The translations under genes and the position numbers were made by a program. From Rebecca billardiae RCC1528 (taxonomy: Eukaryota > Protista > Haptophyta), in NCBI GenBank assembly GCA_965240325.2, contig OZ251227.1, positions 2,666,001-2,730,000 on the forward strand: 64,000 bases of DNA, in the 5' to 3' direction. Each line of letters opens with the position of its first letter. The stretch's first letter is position 1. Shown piece by piece: positions 13,131 through 23,004 of the stretch. The notes under the pieces are model-generated. The model was given only the letters and a program-made list of their open reading frames with translations. It ran no database searches and was not told the DNA's origin.

Positions 13131-13483
13131 CAGGGCTGGCCGGCTGGGAATTCGTCGTGCCGTGACCGTCACGTGTCGTCACGTCTGGGGCCCAACAGGC
13201 GTGATCACGTGATGCCATCACGTGACGAGTCCGGCCCACTGGAGGGTCCGGGGGGTCTCCCCCGGGGCCTCGCCGGCCTGAGCTAGGTGACGATTTTTGG
13301 GCCTGCTTTCCCAAATAAAAATTTGGACCGCCGCTTTTTAGGCGGGCGGTCAAATTTCGCCGATTTTTGGGTCCGGGACCATGTTCGTGTTATTTTATTC
13401 ACATATTGCAATCCGATTCGCATGCCGAGCTGGCTGAACACAGTTTATGGGAAGGGCTCGAGAGTAGCTAGGGCCGGTCCCGG
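13131..13483. mobile_element. Possible degenerate hAT-like MITE
   Basis: Starts CAGGGCTGGCC and ends about GGCCGGTCCCGG; ATTTAA near both flanks; internal GGGTCCGGGGGGTCTCCCCCGG motif, three CACGTG and an imperfect hairpin at 13319-13357. Confidence 0.35.
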
Positions 13484-14221
13484 TTATTTAAGTTCTACGT
13501 CACTCGTCGACAGATTTCTAGTTTTAATAATTAATTAGCATGCCGCGTATAGCCTGCTATGAGTATGCCGGGCGCCGGGCGCGCCACCTGCACCGTGGGC
13601 GGTGATCCGTGGGCCCCCGAGCAGCCTGTTCTAGCCACGCACACAGGCGAAGCCCGTATCGCTGACCTCGGCGGGACCGGCGTAGCGTACGCACAGAACG
13701 TTCCCTGCCGCCATGAGGCCGTGTACATCTCGCCCGATATGCTGCCCGCCGTAGCTTCTGTGGCCCCACGGGCTGCCTGGCACGCCGAGTGCCGCCGACA
13801 TCCGCGAGTAGGTGCACACCTCCGAAACAGCCTCGGCGCGCGGTTCAAACGACTGCACGCACGTGTGCACGTCCGCCCCCGTACGCCCTGACCACCTGGG
13901 CGCCCAGTGGCGCACATACCATGCAGCGCATCCACCGCATCTGCAGCTCGCCTGCCGACCCGCACGGTGCACGCTGGTCCACGGCTGGAGCGTGAGGAGA
14001 GAAGCGACGAGCTCATCAGGGGGCGGGCCAGGAGGCCGGCGAACGTGCTTTGACCACGCGGCATGCGCTCTGGACCGTGCGGTACGCGGTCGGCGTGCAC
14101 GAGCCTCGAACTAGCGGCAGCCATGACTGTTAGTGTTACGTCGCAGTCCGGCGGTTTCCTGCCGTGCCATTAATAACCAGCTGTACGCATACAGCTGTAA
14201 GTTGAATATCAAGACTGCAAG

Positions 14222-14441
14222 CGGACCCATGATTGTCGTGTCCGCCAGTGCACGGGTGTCCGGGCCAGTGCACGAGGGTCCGGTGTTTTTGCGCTGAAGG
14301 TCGGGCGCCGTTTCATCAACAATTCAACAAAGTCTGAAATATGTCGCGCTTTCTTGCGCCCGGCACCGTCAGGACACCCGTCACTGTCCCGTGCACTGCA
14401 CTGGCAGTGGCGGACACGACATGGGTTAGTCATTGGGTCCG
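14222..14441. mobile_element. About 220-bp MITE-like inverted repeat element, degraded by small insertions
   Basis: Left CGGACCCATGATTGTCGTGTCCGCCAGTGCACGGGTGTCC matches, inverted, GGACACCCGT...GTGCACTG...TGGCGGACACGACATGGGT...TGGGTCCG. Confidence 0.7.
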
Positions 14442-14536
14442 AGCCTCCACTCTCCAGTCTCCACTGCGGCGCTCTCTGACCCCCCACTCCCCAGGGCCAG
14501 GCAGTCGTTCGATAGTTATAAGTCCCCTTGCCTTAA

Positions 14537-14718
14537 CGACGCCATGCAGTGGTATGCAACGGGCAAGCGTCGATCAGGCTCAGACAGACAGCAGTCATCC
14601 AAGACTCTATATAACTCTAACGCTTTTTTAATATTAGCAGACGCGAGTAGCAGTCGAGCCAGCAGTCCAGCAGACCGTTGGCCGATGGCGATTGAGATCC
14701 TGATATCGATTATGATAT

Positions 14719-14725
<7 letters not shown>
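14537..14725 (-). mobile_element. Relic 3' end of the RLE retroelement family, next to a (TA)n array
   Basis: 14549-14571 is the reverse complement of 8868-8890 (22/23 identical); boundaries beyond this core are uncertain. Confidence 0.55.

Positions 14726-14813
<88 letters not shown>
14726..14813. repeat. (TA)n microsatellite
   Basis: About 88 bp of pure TA. Confidence 0.99.
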
Positions 14814-14814
<1 letters not shown>

Positions 14815-14991
14815 CAAGCACTGAGAGTCGGAGTGTTAGTGTACGACGACGACGTGACGGCGCCATCAGTAGATGAATGATGATCTGAAGAATGAATAAA
14901 TATATAAACAACATCCCGCGATCGGCCGGCGCGCACACGGGCCAGATTCAATTATTGCCGTAAGGCCTACTGCTGTAAGTGAGTGAGTGAC

Positions 14992-16928
14992 TAGCCTGGT
15001 CCAAACGCACTGGAGCACTTTCGGGGATTTTATCGCCAAATGAACGCGGGCCCCTAGGCACGCGCTCACACCCGGAAACAGCGTAACAAATGGGCCCAGC
15101 CCGGGCGCAGCAAAAGTTTCGGCCTAAAAATCGCATCCGTGGCCCGTCGTGAGCGTGCGCGCGCGCGCCGCGGACAACTACGGACACATAGAGAATCGTC
15201 AGTCCGAATGTGGGTAAGTACTTAGCCGAAATGAGCCCAAACGCACGAACTTACTTATTGGCGTACGTCGAGGCGAGCATGAACCCTGGTACAGGCCATT
15301 AGGATGGGCTGTGGTCTGTGCGCAAGTGGCCGTACTCAACTACTGCAAGATCGACAATATTACCCATTTATACCCGCATATTATGGGCAATGTACCCGCA
15401 TAAGTATGCGTTCTGGACCTGTATAATTAAAATGCCACTATGTCGTTACATATTCGCCATAGGTGGGTAGCTGTCCCAGGCTGCACGATTAGTGCGGCGC
15501 TCGGGGTGCAGTGGTCGGACGAGGCTCCGCCTGGCCTTCCGCGCACTCCTGCAGACAAGAAGAGGGCCGGACTCCCACCCGGCCAGGCGTGCGGCAGTCG
15601 GTCAGGTGCTGGACCTGGTCTGGAGACCATCTCCTGCGTGGCAACTGGCCGATCTGCGGCACAACGCGCGCCGCCGTGAGCCACACGGCAGGTTCGCAAT
15701 GGATCCGGATCGCGTGTCCATGGCGGCGTGCATCGAGTCATTCAAGCTGTCAAGTCGCGTGCCACGCCCGCCCTTTCACTTGGGGCATCAGTACTGCCTA
15801 CAACGACGACATGTGCGTCCTTAGATGAGGCATAATCGCGATTCTAGCTGCCCGTCCAAGGGTCAGATCGCACGTCTTTGCTCGCCCGACAGCCTCAACG
15901 GCGGACTGATGTGATCCGCGGGTGACGATGCGACCGCTTCGAGTGCGCCTACGGCCACCACCGGGGTGGGGATCGTTCATGGGCACCCTCTGCGTGCCAT
16001 GACATGCTCTGGCCGTGCGTGGTGACTTGGCCCACCGCGCGTAAACGGGAAAGACACCCGAGCACGTGCTTCCGAGCCACCCGAATGGCACAATGTGCCA
16101 CCCATGGACACCAAACACGTGCCAGAGCGCGAGCCTTGCGTGCTGGAGTAGCCGCACGACACCAAGGAAGACGTATGAGCGCTCTAAACCATCTTCAAGC
16201 GACGACTCCGTCGACTCTGCCTCGCAGACCGCGGTACGATCCTCGACCTTGTGCTCGCAGCAAAGGCCATGACGGTAAAGCAGCACCCAGGCGATGGGAG
16301 TCAGCCGGCAGCCACTACACTGCGACTGTACACACCCAGCCCCGCAAGGCGAGCCATCCTGCTCGCCACCAGCCCGTCATACAGCTCCACGAGGAGCACA
16401 AATCGACAGCCGCCGCTCAGGACGACCCATGCGCAAACGTGACGGGACTGGCCGGATGAAGCGTTGGCGATGCGCAGCGCGCCCAACGCTGGTGGTGGCA
16501 TCGAGTACATGCTAGGGGTAGGCGGTGGCCCACACGAGCCGTCGCGTGGCCCGCATATTACCCGAGGTGGCCCGTCTCGAAGGCGCCGCGCAACCCAGCA
16601 GGTGAGCGTTCGACGCGCGCCGTCAGGCGAGAAGTCGACCTGGCGACGGACCGCGGGCGGCGGAAGCAACGCAGACATGTCGCTCAAGGTGTGCACGCAC
16701 ACCACCGGGGCACCCGAACGATGTGTCCAGCACTACACCTGACATGAGGCGGCGCAGTCGTCCAGTCGAGGCTCTCGAGCCCCTTCCCGACCTTCGTCGC
16801 GGCGAGCCGTCGGACGGCCGGTGGCGATTTTTGACGAGCGCGACGAGCGACGAGAAAATCGGGAGAAATCAGGCGCCCAAAATCCGAAAAGGCTTTTTCA
16901 CTGGCGAAAATCGGGATGGACCAGGCTT
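14992..16928. mobile_element. Degenerate non-autonomous TIR element, about 1.9 kb, with a TAG start (Academ-like?)
   Basis: AGCCTGGTCCA (14993-15003) is inverted at 16917-16927; further inverted patches GATTTT(AT)CGCCA and AAAAATCGC..GGCC(C)GTC; no convincing ORF inside. Confidence 0.5.
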
Positions 16929-17068
16929 CGCCTGCCTGAGCTGTGTGCGTCTCTTATTCTTAGTAAACTGTAACGCCAAGCAGGGCAGAGCGCTGCCTCG
17001 CAGACGAGTCCGGCCGGGCCCGGGACGAACGATGCCGCGCCGGCTTGGCGCTGCCACCGTGTCTCACA

Positions 17069-18115
17069 TCATACACCTGCATCGCATCTGCGTTTCCACT
17101 CGATCACGTCCGCCGCGTATGCTCTGCGTAACAACTTGCACCAGTCTTTCTTGCCCGAGAGCATCGAGTGCGACGGCGTGCTTGCTGTAATATTGGGCAC
17201 CGTGACAGCCGCGTTTGCCTGTGGGCATTGACGGATGCGCTCGAGGCGGTCTGGCTCAACGCTGATGTTCGCCAAGCTCAATGCTGCTTCGAAGCCCGTG
17301 TGCAGCCGCTCACACAACGTGGCCGCGTCGTAGCAGACGACGGTAGTGTTCGCGCTGATGAAGTGCGTCTGCGGCAGCAGGTGCACGCGATACTTCTTGC
17401 TGCACACGTGCCCGCGCTCGAACTTGAGCCCTGTTCGGAATCCCTTTGGGAGCACATGCGACGCCCGCCCACCGACGCATTCTTCGTAGGTGCCGTTGCT
17501 CATGAAGTCGATTGCTTTCTGCGCAAAGTCGTGGAGGCTCACATCTGGCCACCGCTCCTTTTTCTTCGTCTGAAAAACCCACAGGGAGACCATCCGCTCG
17601 CAAGGCTCCCGCAGCACAGCAAGTGTGTGCAGCTCGTGCAGCCGTGCGCCCGAGCACCACTCAGCGTGCGGACAGCCGTCGGCGTGGTTATGCACAACAA
17701 TGTCAGGAGAGTTGAGCTGGCGTGTCGCTATCATCAGTGTGGTCGAGCCAGTCTTCGGCACACGCATCACGTGCAGCGCGTTCCGCGGCTTGATGGCCGT
17801 TGAGTGGCATGGATTATGCCCCGCGCGCGAGTCGGTGCAGCGCATAGGATCGCGCAAGCACTTGTCGAACTCGATAGCGGGCCATGGCTCGCCGGCAGTT
17901 CGATTGCGGTCGCAGGCCGCTTGTCCCGGGGCGACCATGTTGAGCACGAGCATCGTGCCGACGAGCTGGCGGCGCCATGCCGTGTGGGCGGAAGTACCAC
18001 CGGAAGCGAACCAGGCGGAGCTAAATGAGGGCGGGGCCCAGCGGAAGAGCGGCCGAGCGACGGCGGAAGACCTTGCGCGTTCCTGCCCCCCCCGCTGGCT
18101 GGTACTCTCCGCCAT
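17069..18115 (-). CDS. Sulfotransferase family 2-like (carbohydrate sulfotransferase) protein; intronless
   Basis: LHVMRVPKTGSTTL, AVLREPCERMVSLW, HLLPQTHF and a C-terminal YAAD motif; hydrophobic N-terminal segment; start codon uncertain. Confidence 0.8.
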   Translation of the reverse strand: MAESTSQRGGQERARSSAVARPLFRWAPPSFSSAWFASGGTSAHTAWRRQLVGTMLVLNMVAPGQAACDRNRTAGEPWPAIEFDKCLRDPMRCTDSRAGHNPCHSTAIKPRNALHVMRVPKTGSTTLMIATRQLNSPDIVVHNHADGCPHAEWCSGARLHELHTLAVLREPCERMVSLWVFQTKKKERWPDVSLHDFAQKAIDFMSNGTYEECVGGRASHVLPKGFRTGLKFERGHVCSKKYRVHLLPQTHFISANTTVVCYDAATLCERLHTGFEAALSLANISVEPDRLERIRQCPQANAAVTVPNITASTPSHSMLSGKKDWCKLLRRAYAADVIEWKRRCDAGV

Positions 18116-18432
18116 CGCATTCGCTTCACGCGTGTGCCCGCCGAGGTACCAGTCCGGCCAGGAGAGTAAAAAGATGCGAGCGAGTCGTGATGCTGGTGGT
18201 GCCGATGGTGATCAAGGGCGATAAAAACGCTTCGAACACAGCTCACTGGCGAGCGCCCGAGCGGGCGTCATTCGTGCGACTACGACGATTCGAGGGAATT
18301 GCCGCGCCCTGACCGCCCTCATGCTTACAATTCACAATAGAAGTCCTGCGTCATGATCATTCATCAATCACGCCTTAGTCACTATTTTTTACACGGTTCC
18401 GGGCTTTCCGGCATTATCCCGGCCGCAGTGCA

Positions 18433-19560
18433 ATGGCACGCCACGTTCGTCCCGTCCGTCGGCGGTGTATCGCGACGCACATCATCGCGATGCTGGCGTG
18501 CTGGGTCGTGCCCATGTCAGCCGGGGCCGCGTCCCCCATCCACACCCTGCCGTGGCCGCTGGTCGGTGCTGGCGGCGTCCACGACTTTGCGCCGGCCGAC
18601 ACTGTCAGCAGCGAGCCGCGTTGGCCGGGCGGCGCAGCCAACGCCTTGTCGTCCCGACCTGCTCGTCCCTCGCCGGGGCGACGCGGCAAGCCCGAGGTCA
18701 CACGCGTGATCAAGAACATGGACGCGCTGCGGATCCCGGCCAACGCGAGCCGCAAGTACAGGGCCGCGTTCGAGCGCGGCGATGGCGGCGTGGCTGTGTG
18801 CCTGGTCGGAGAGCTGCGCACTTTTGGTCTGCCGATGGTCGCGCGCTCGCACGCCACGCTGCTGAGCCAGTGGCGCGCCGACGTGTTCGTGTACTACCAC
18901 ACGCGGCACAACGCCATGAACCGGGGCCACCATGGCGCGTACGATGATTGCGGGCTGGACGAGGCGCTGCTGCACGCGCTGCGCCCCGCAGTGGTGCTCA
19001 GACTGGACCCGCTGCTAGCCCGCTGCCCGAGCATCGCCGCCATCCAGTTCCACTCGACGGCCAGCTGCTTCAAGGACGCGTACGAGTACTCGCGGCGCTA
19101 CCGGCCGACGCCGTACCGCACCTACGTGCGCCTGCGGCCCGACATGCTCCTGCGCGTGCCCAACGTGCGGCCGCCATACATCTTGCCCGACGATACACGC
19201 GCGCACACCGCCGAGCCGAAGCACGACATGGCGTTTGCGTTCAGCCTGCACGGCGCTATCGGCTTCATCAACCAGGGCGTAATCATGTGGCGCCCTTGCC
19301 CGTTTGGGCCCACCTACGAGCGTTGGGCGCCGCTCATGGAGAACACAGTGTCCTGGCCGCTCGACTACGCGATCGTCCGAAGCGGCTCGCCGCTCCGGCT
19401 CCCGTGGACGCGCCAGGACCTGAAGGACAGCTGGATCAAGGAGGTTCGGCAGCAGGTCAAGAAGAAGCCGTGGCTGGTGGCGTGCGCACAGAACTACACC
19501 GCCAACAGCCCAACAGAAAGGACACTCGGCGCGTATCCGCCGTACGGTCGAGTATTATAA
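18433..19560 (+). CDS. Secretory-pathway protein, putative glycosyltransferase-like
   Basis: Signal/anchor IIAMLACWVVPMSAG; VAVCLVGELRTF, ADVFVY and YVRLRPDM motifs; strong GC3 codon bias. Confidence 0.65.
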   Translation: MARHVRPVRRRCIATHIIAMLACWVVPMSAGAASPIHTLPWPLVGAGGVHDFAPADTVSSEPRWPGGAANALSSRPARPSPGRRGKPEVTRVIKNMDALRIPANASRKYRAAFERGDGGVAVCLVGELRTFGLPMVARSHATLLSQWRADVFVYYHTRHNAMNRGHHGAYDDCGLDEALLHALRPAVVLRLDPLLARCPSIAAIQFHSTASCFKDAYEYSRRYRPTPYRTYVRLRPDMLLRVPNVRPPYILPDDTRAHTAEPKHDMAFAFSLHGAIGFINQGVIMWRPCPFGPTYERWAPLMENTVSWPLDYAIVRSGSPLRLPWTRQDLKDSWIKEVRQQVKKKPWLVACAQNYTANSPTERTLGAYPPYGRVL

Positions 19561-19790
19561 TAATGCGCTGGCTGACAACGAGCTCACTGCTCAGACTGCA
19601 TGGCTCGACTGCTCTGTCTCCGATGCGCTGATGACGAGTCGGGCGATCACTCACACTCGTCCCGGACGATGCCTATACGACTCATTCTATGATTTAACTA
19701 CGACACTGACTCGGTCGTCACTCGGGCCGCACTGCTATTACAAAACTAATAAATAAAGTCTCATCACAGGCCTGGTATAAGCTAGTAGTG

Positions 19791-21335
19791 CTATGCGACC
19801 TTGACCACGAAGAAGCGCTCGGCGAGCTCCTCCGGCACGAGCGGGTTCTTGCTGAGCACGACGAGCGCAAAGTAGGCCGTCGTCTCCTCCGACCACAGCG
19901 CCGGCCGGTAGTCGCTCGTCAGCTCGCGCTCCTCCTCGCTCAGCAGGCTCTCGTAGACCTCGGGCCGGAGCACGGCGCGCGAGGCGACCTTCTCGAAGAG
20001 GCCCTCCTGCAGCTGGCCGAAGAGGTCGACGAGCGTCTCGAGCGTGAAGGCGGACATCAGCGTGAAGTCGACGACGAGCGGCTTGCCGTACCGCAGCGCG
20101 CCCACCAGCGCCGCGCGCACCACGTCGGGCTCCACGTCCTTGGGCCGGCAGTAGTTGAGCAGGTTCACGTCACGGTAGGTGAGATAGGTGAGCACCTTGC
20201 CGCCGAGGTCGACGACGAGCGGGTACCGCTCGCCGCGCAGCGTGAGCTCCTCGAGCACGTCGGCGAAGCGCTGGATCGCGATCGACGCGGAGTACCCCGG
20301 CTGGCCCGACGGCACGCCCGGGTCGCGCGGGTCCGGCGGCGGCGGTCGCCACTGGCTCGCGTCGCGCTCGGCGATCGCGCGCAGCAGCTCGTCCGTGCGC
20401 GCCACGTCCCAGTTGCGCAGCGTCTGCTTGAGCGCGGCGTCGGGAGCGACCATCTCGGGCGTCTCGGCGTCGGAGGACGCGATGCGCGGGTCGCCGCCGC
20501 GCTCGAGCAGCAGCGACACCGCCGCCGCTCTGCCCTGGAAGGCCGCGCGCCACAGCGGCGTGCGCCCCTGCTCGTTGCGCGTGTTGACGTCGGCGCCCGC
20601 GTCGAGAAGCGCCTCGCACACGGCGGCGTGCCCCGCGCACGCGGCCTCGGAGAGCATGGTGTGCCCGTTTGGGTCGGTGAACTCGAGCTTCGCCGAGATC
20701 AGCGTCGACACGCACGCCTCCTGCCACGCCGCCAGCTGCTTGGCTATCAGCTCGAGCTCGCCGTCGAACGCGGCCTCCAGCAGCGTGCCTTGCAGCTTGA
20801 GCTGCGCGGCGAGCGCGGCGCGCTTGGCCTGCTCGCGCTCGCGGATCCGACGCTCGTCCTCCCAGATCGCGCGCTCCATCTCCTCGCGCGCCTCCTCGCG
20901 CGCGCGCTCGCGCTCCTTCCGCTGCGCCTCACGCTCCTCGGGCGTCAGGGCCGCCTCCGCGCTCGCGGCTGCGGGCGCGGCGGCCTCGGCTTGAGCCGGC
21001 GCGGCCGCGTCGGCTGCCGAGACCGACGGCTCGCCCTTCTTCGCGCCCTTCTTCTTGGCCGTCGGCTTGTTCGGCTTGAGCGCGGTCGACGTCGCGCCTG
21101 CCGGCTTGGGCGCGCCCGTGGACGCCACTGGCTTGGCCGGAGGCTTCTTCGCGCCGGCCGCGGGCTTGCTCGGCGCGGCCGCCGGCTTGGTCGCGAGGCC
21201 GAGCGCCGCGGACTTCTTGGCGCGGATCACCTTGTCCGCCTTCGCCTTTGCCTCGGCCTTGGTGCGCTTGGCTTCCGCTAGGATCTCGGCCTTCGCCTCA
21301 TCCGTCAGCGGAGCCGCCGGCCCGGCGTCACCCAT
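19791..21335 (-). CDS. IQANK1: IQ motif and ankyrin repeat protein 1-like
   Basis: LLEAAFDGE, ankyrin repeats (GHTMLSEAACAG, GRTPLWRAAFQG), and C-terminal RYPLVVD...LTYRDVNLL...RAALVGALRYGKPLVVD. Confidence 0.85.
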   Translation of the reverse strand: MGDAGPAAPLTDEAKAEILAEAKRTKAEAKAKADKVIRAKKSAALGLATKPAAAPSKPAAGAKKPPAKPVASTGAPKPAGATSTALKPNKPTAKKKGAKKGEPSVSAADAAAPAQAEAAAPAAASAEAALTPEEREAQRKERERAREEAREEMERAIWEDERRIREREQAKRAALAAQLKLQGTLLEAAFDGELELIAKQLAAWQEACVSTLISAKLEFTDPNGHTMLSEAACAGHAAVCEALLDAGADVNTRNEQGRTPLWRAAFQGRAAAVSLLLERGGDPRIASSDAETPEMVAPDAALKQTLRNWDVARTDELLRAIAERDASQWRPPPPDPRDPGVPSGQPGYSASIAIQRFADVLEELTLRGERYPLVVDLGGKVLTYLTYRDVNLLNYCRPKDVEPDVVRAALVGALRYGKPLVVDFTLMSAFTLETLVDLFGQLQEGLFEKVASRAVLRPEVYESLLSEEERELTSDYRPALWSEETTAYFALVVLSKNPLVPEELAERFFVVKVA

Positions 21336-21448
21336 CACTGGCTGTCGTCGCTCCCGCGCTCCGCGCCCGGATGCGCAGCGCCGCCGCCCTCGCTCCCGCC
21401 CTCCGCGCCGGGCTGCAGCGCCGCCGCGGACCGGTGCTGTACTGCACG

Positions 21449-22810
21449 ATGGCTGCCGACGAGCCCTATGCGCGGAGCGGCACTCTCGTGTGCCTGGGGC
21501 TCCCGGCGCGGGCGCAGTTCGGGGTCGACTGGTGCGTGTACACGGTCGGCGAGGCGTTCATGGGCATGAAGCTCATCCCTCCCGGCGTGCACCTCGCGCT
21601 CTTCGCGCCCGCCGACGACGCGGCCGCCATCACCACGGGGTTCTTCTTTGCCGTGCGGCCGGGCGAAGTGGTCGTGTGCAGATGGGACGCGTCGACAGAG
21701 GACGTCGTGCCGGTGGCCGACGGCAGCGAGCGGGCCTCGGTCGACAGCGCCGTCCGCCGCCTCGAGCTCGATGCGCGCCTCGGGCCGTACGACACCGCGC
21801 ACGCGGGCACGTGGGCAGAGCTGAGCGACTTGATCGACGCCGACGTCCTCGAGCGGGCGACGATCCCGCTGGGCACGCGCATCGTCCCCGGGGCGGTGGA
21901 CGACGAGACGGGGGCGGTCCGCGCCCCGGAGCCGGGCGCCGTCGTCGCGCACCACGCGGGCGCGCCGCGCACGCCCGTGTTCGTGCGCGTGCGCACCGCC
22001 CGGCCGGCGAGGGTGGGCGCGCGAGCCTCGCCAGCAGAGGTGACCCGCTTCCAGTTCGACCGGAGCGAGCGGCTGCGCGAGCTGCTCCGCACCGAATTCG
22101 GCTCGCCCGCCCGCGCGCCCGCCGACACCGCACCGGACGCCGCGGCGGAGGCCGACGGCGCCCTCCGCGCCGCGCACGCGCGGCTGCTCGGCGAGCTGCA
22201 GCTGAGCTTTGTGCTCTGTCTCCAGCTGCACTCGCTTTCGGCCCTCGAGCAGTGGAAGGCGCTGGTCGCGCTGCTGTGCGCGTGCGACGAGGCGCTGGAC
22301 GAGCCGCGCGAGCGCGCGCTCTTCTCGCGCTTCGTGCGCGTGCTCGGCGCGCAGCTGCGCCACCTGCCCCCGGACCTCTTCACCGACGCCCTGTCGGCGC
22401 GGAACTTTCTCGGACCTTCCCTCGCCGGGCTGCACGAGCTGCTCGAGGCGCGCGCGGGGCTGCCGGCGGGGCTGCGCGGGGCGGCGGCGCGGCTGTGGGA
22501 GACGGTGCGCGAGCGGTTCGGCGTGGACGTCGGCGCGGGCCGCGACGACATCGACCCTGACGACGCGCCTGTCGTCGTCGATGCCGCGGAGGCCGGCCTC
22601 AAGGCGCCGGCGGATGGCGCCGCCGATGGTGAGCCGGGCACGCCCACAGGCCAAGCCGCCGCCGCAGCAGCCTCAGCGAGCAGATTGTCAGAGAGCGACG
22701 CGGCGGCTGACGGCGTTGCAGACGCGGCCAACCGGCTCGCGTTCGACGCTATGCGCTCAGCGCTGCTCTCGACTCAGGGCGGTGACGCAGCATCGCCGTC
22801 CGCGCGCTGA
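21449..22810 (+). CDS. AAR2: AAR2 splicing factor (U5 snRNP assembly)
   Basis: FGVD...FMGMKLIPPGVH, LGPY, EVT...DRS, LLGELQLSFV, ALEQWKALV.LLC and QL..LP.DLF motifs. Confidence 0.93.
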   Translation: MAADEPYARSGTLVCLGLPARAQFGVDWCVYTVGEAFMGMKLIPPGVHLALFAPADDAAAITTGFFFAVRPGEVVVCRWDASTEDVVPVADGSERASVDSAVRRLELDARLGPYDTAHAGTWAELSDLIDADVLERATIPLGTRIVPGAVDDETGAVRAPEPGAVVAHHAGAPRTPVFVRVRTARPARVGARASPAEVTRFQFDRSERLRELLRTEFGSPARAPADTAPDAAAEADGALRAAHARLLGELQLSFVLCLQLHSLSALEQWKALVALLCACDEALDEPRERALFSRFVRVLGAQLRHLPPDLFTDALSARNFLGPSLAGLHELLEARAGLPAGLRGAAARLWETVRERFGVDVGAGRDDIDPDDAPVVVDAAEAGLKAPADGAADGEPGTPTGQAAAAAASASRLSESDAAADGVADAANRLAFDAMRSALLSTQGGDAASPSAR

Positions 22811-23004
22811 GACCGCGAAGAGCACGCTCGCAATCGCACCCTGTATTGTAATAATATGTGGGCTAAATGGGCGCTTCCGGACCATGATGAAGAACTCCTC
22901 CGCCTTGGTCCGGAGTGCGCGGCGCCCGGAGGAACCCGAGCGAGGCAACCGGTCGTTGGGTAGCCCCTCCGCCGACTCAATCGCGTCAAGTTCGAGTGGG
23001 GGCC

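Noticed and set aside
13170-13226. CACGTG cluster as G-box promoter of the sulfotransferase
   Set aside because: It lies inside a probable TE relic, and nothing in the sequence shows a regulatory role
13531-14124. Minus-strand ORFs of 113-197 aa
   Set aside because: No recognisable motifs and weak codon bias
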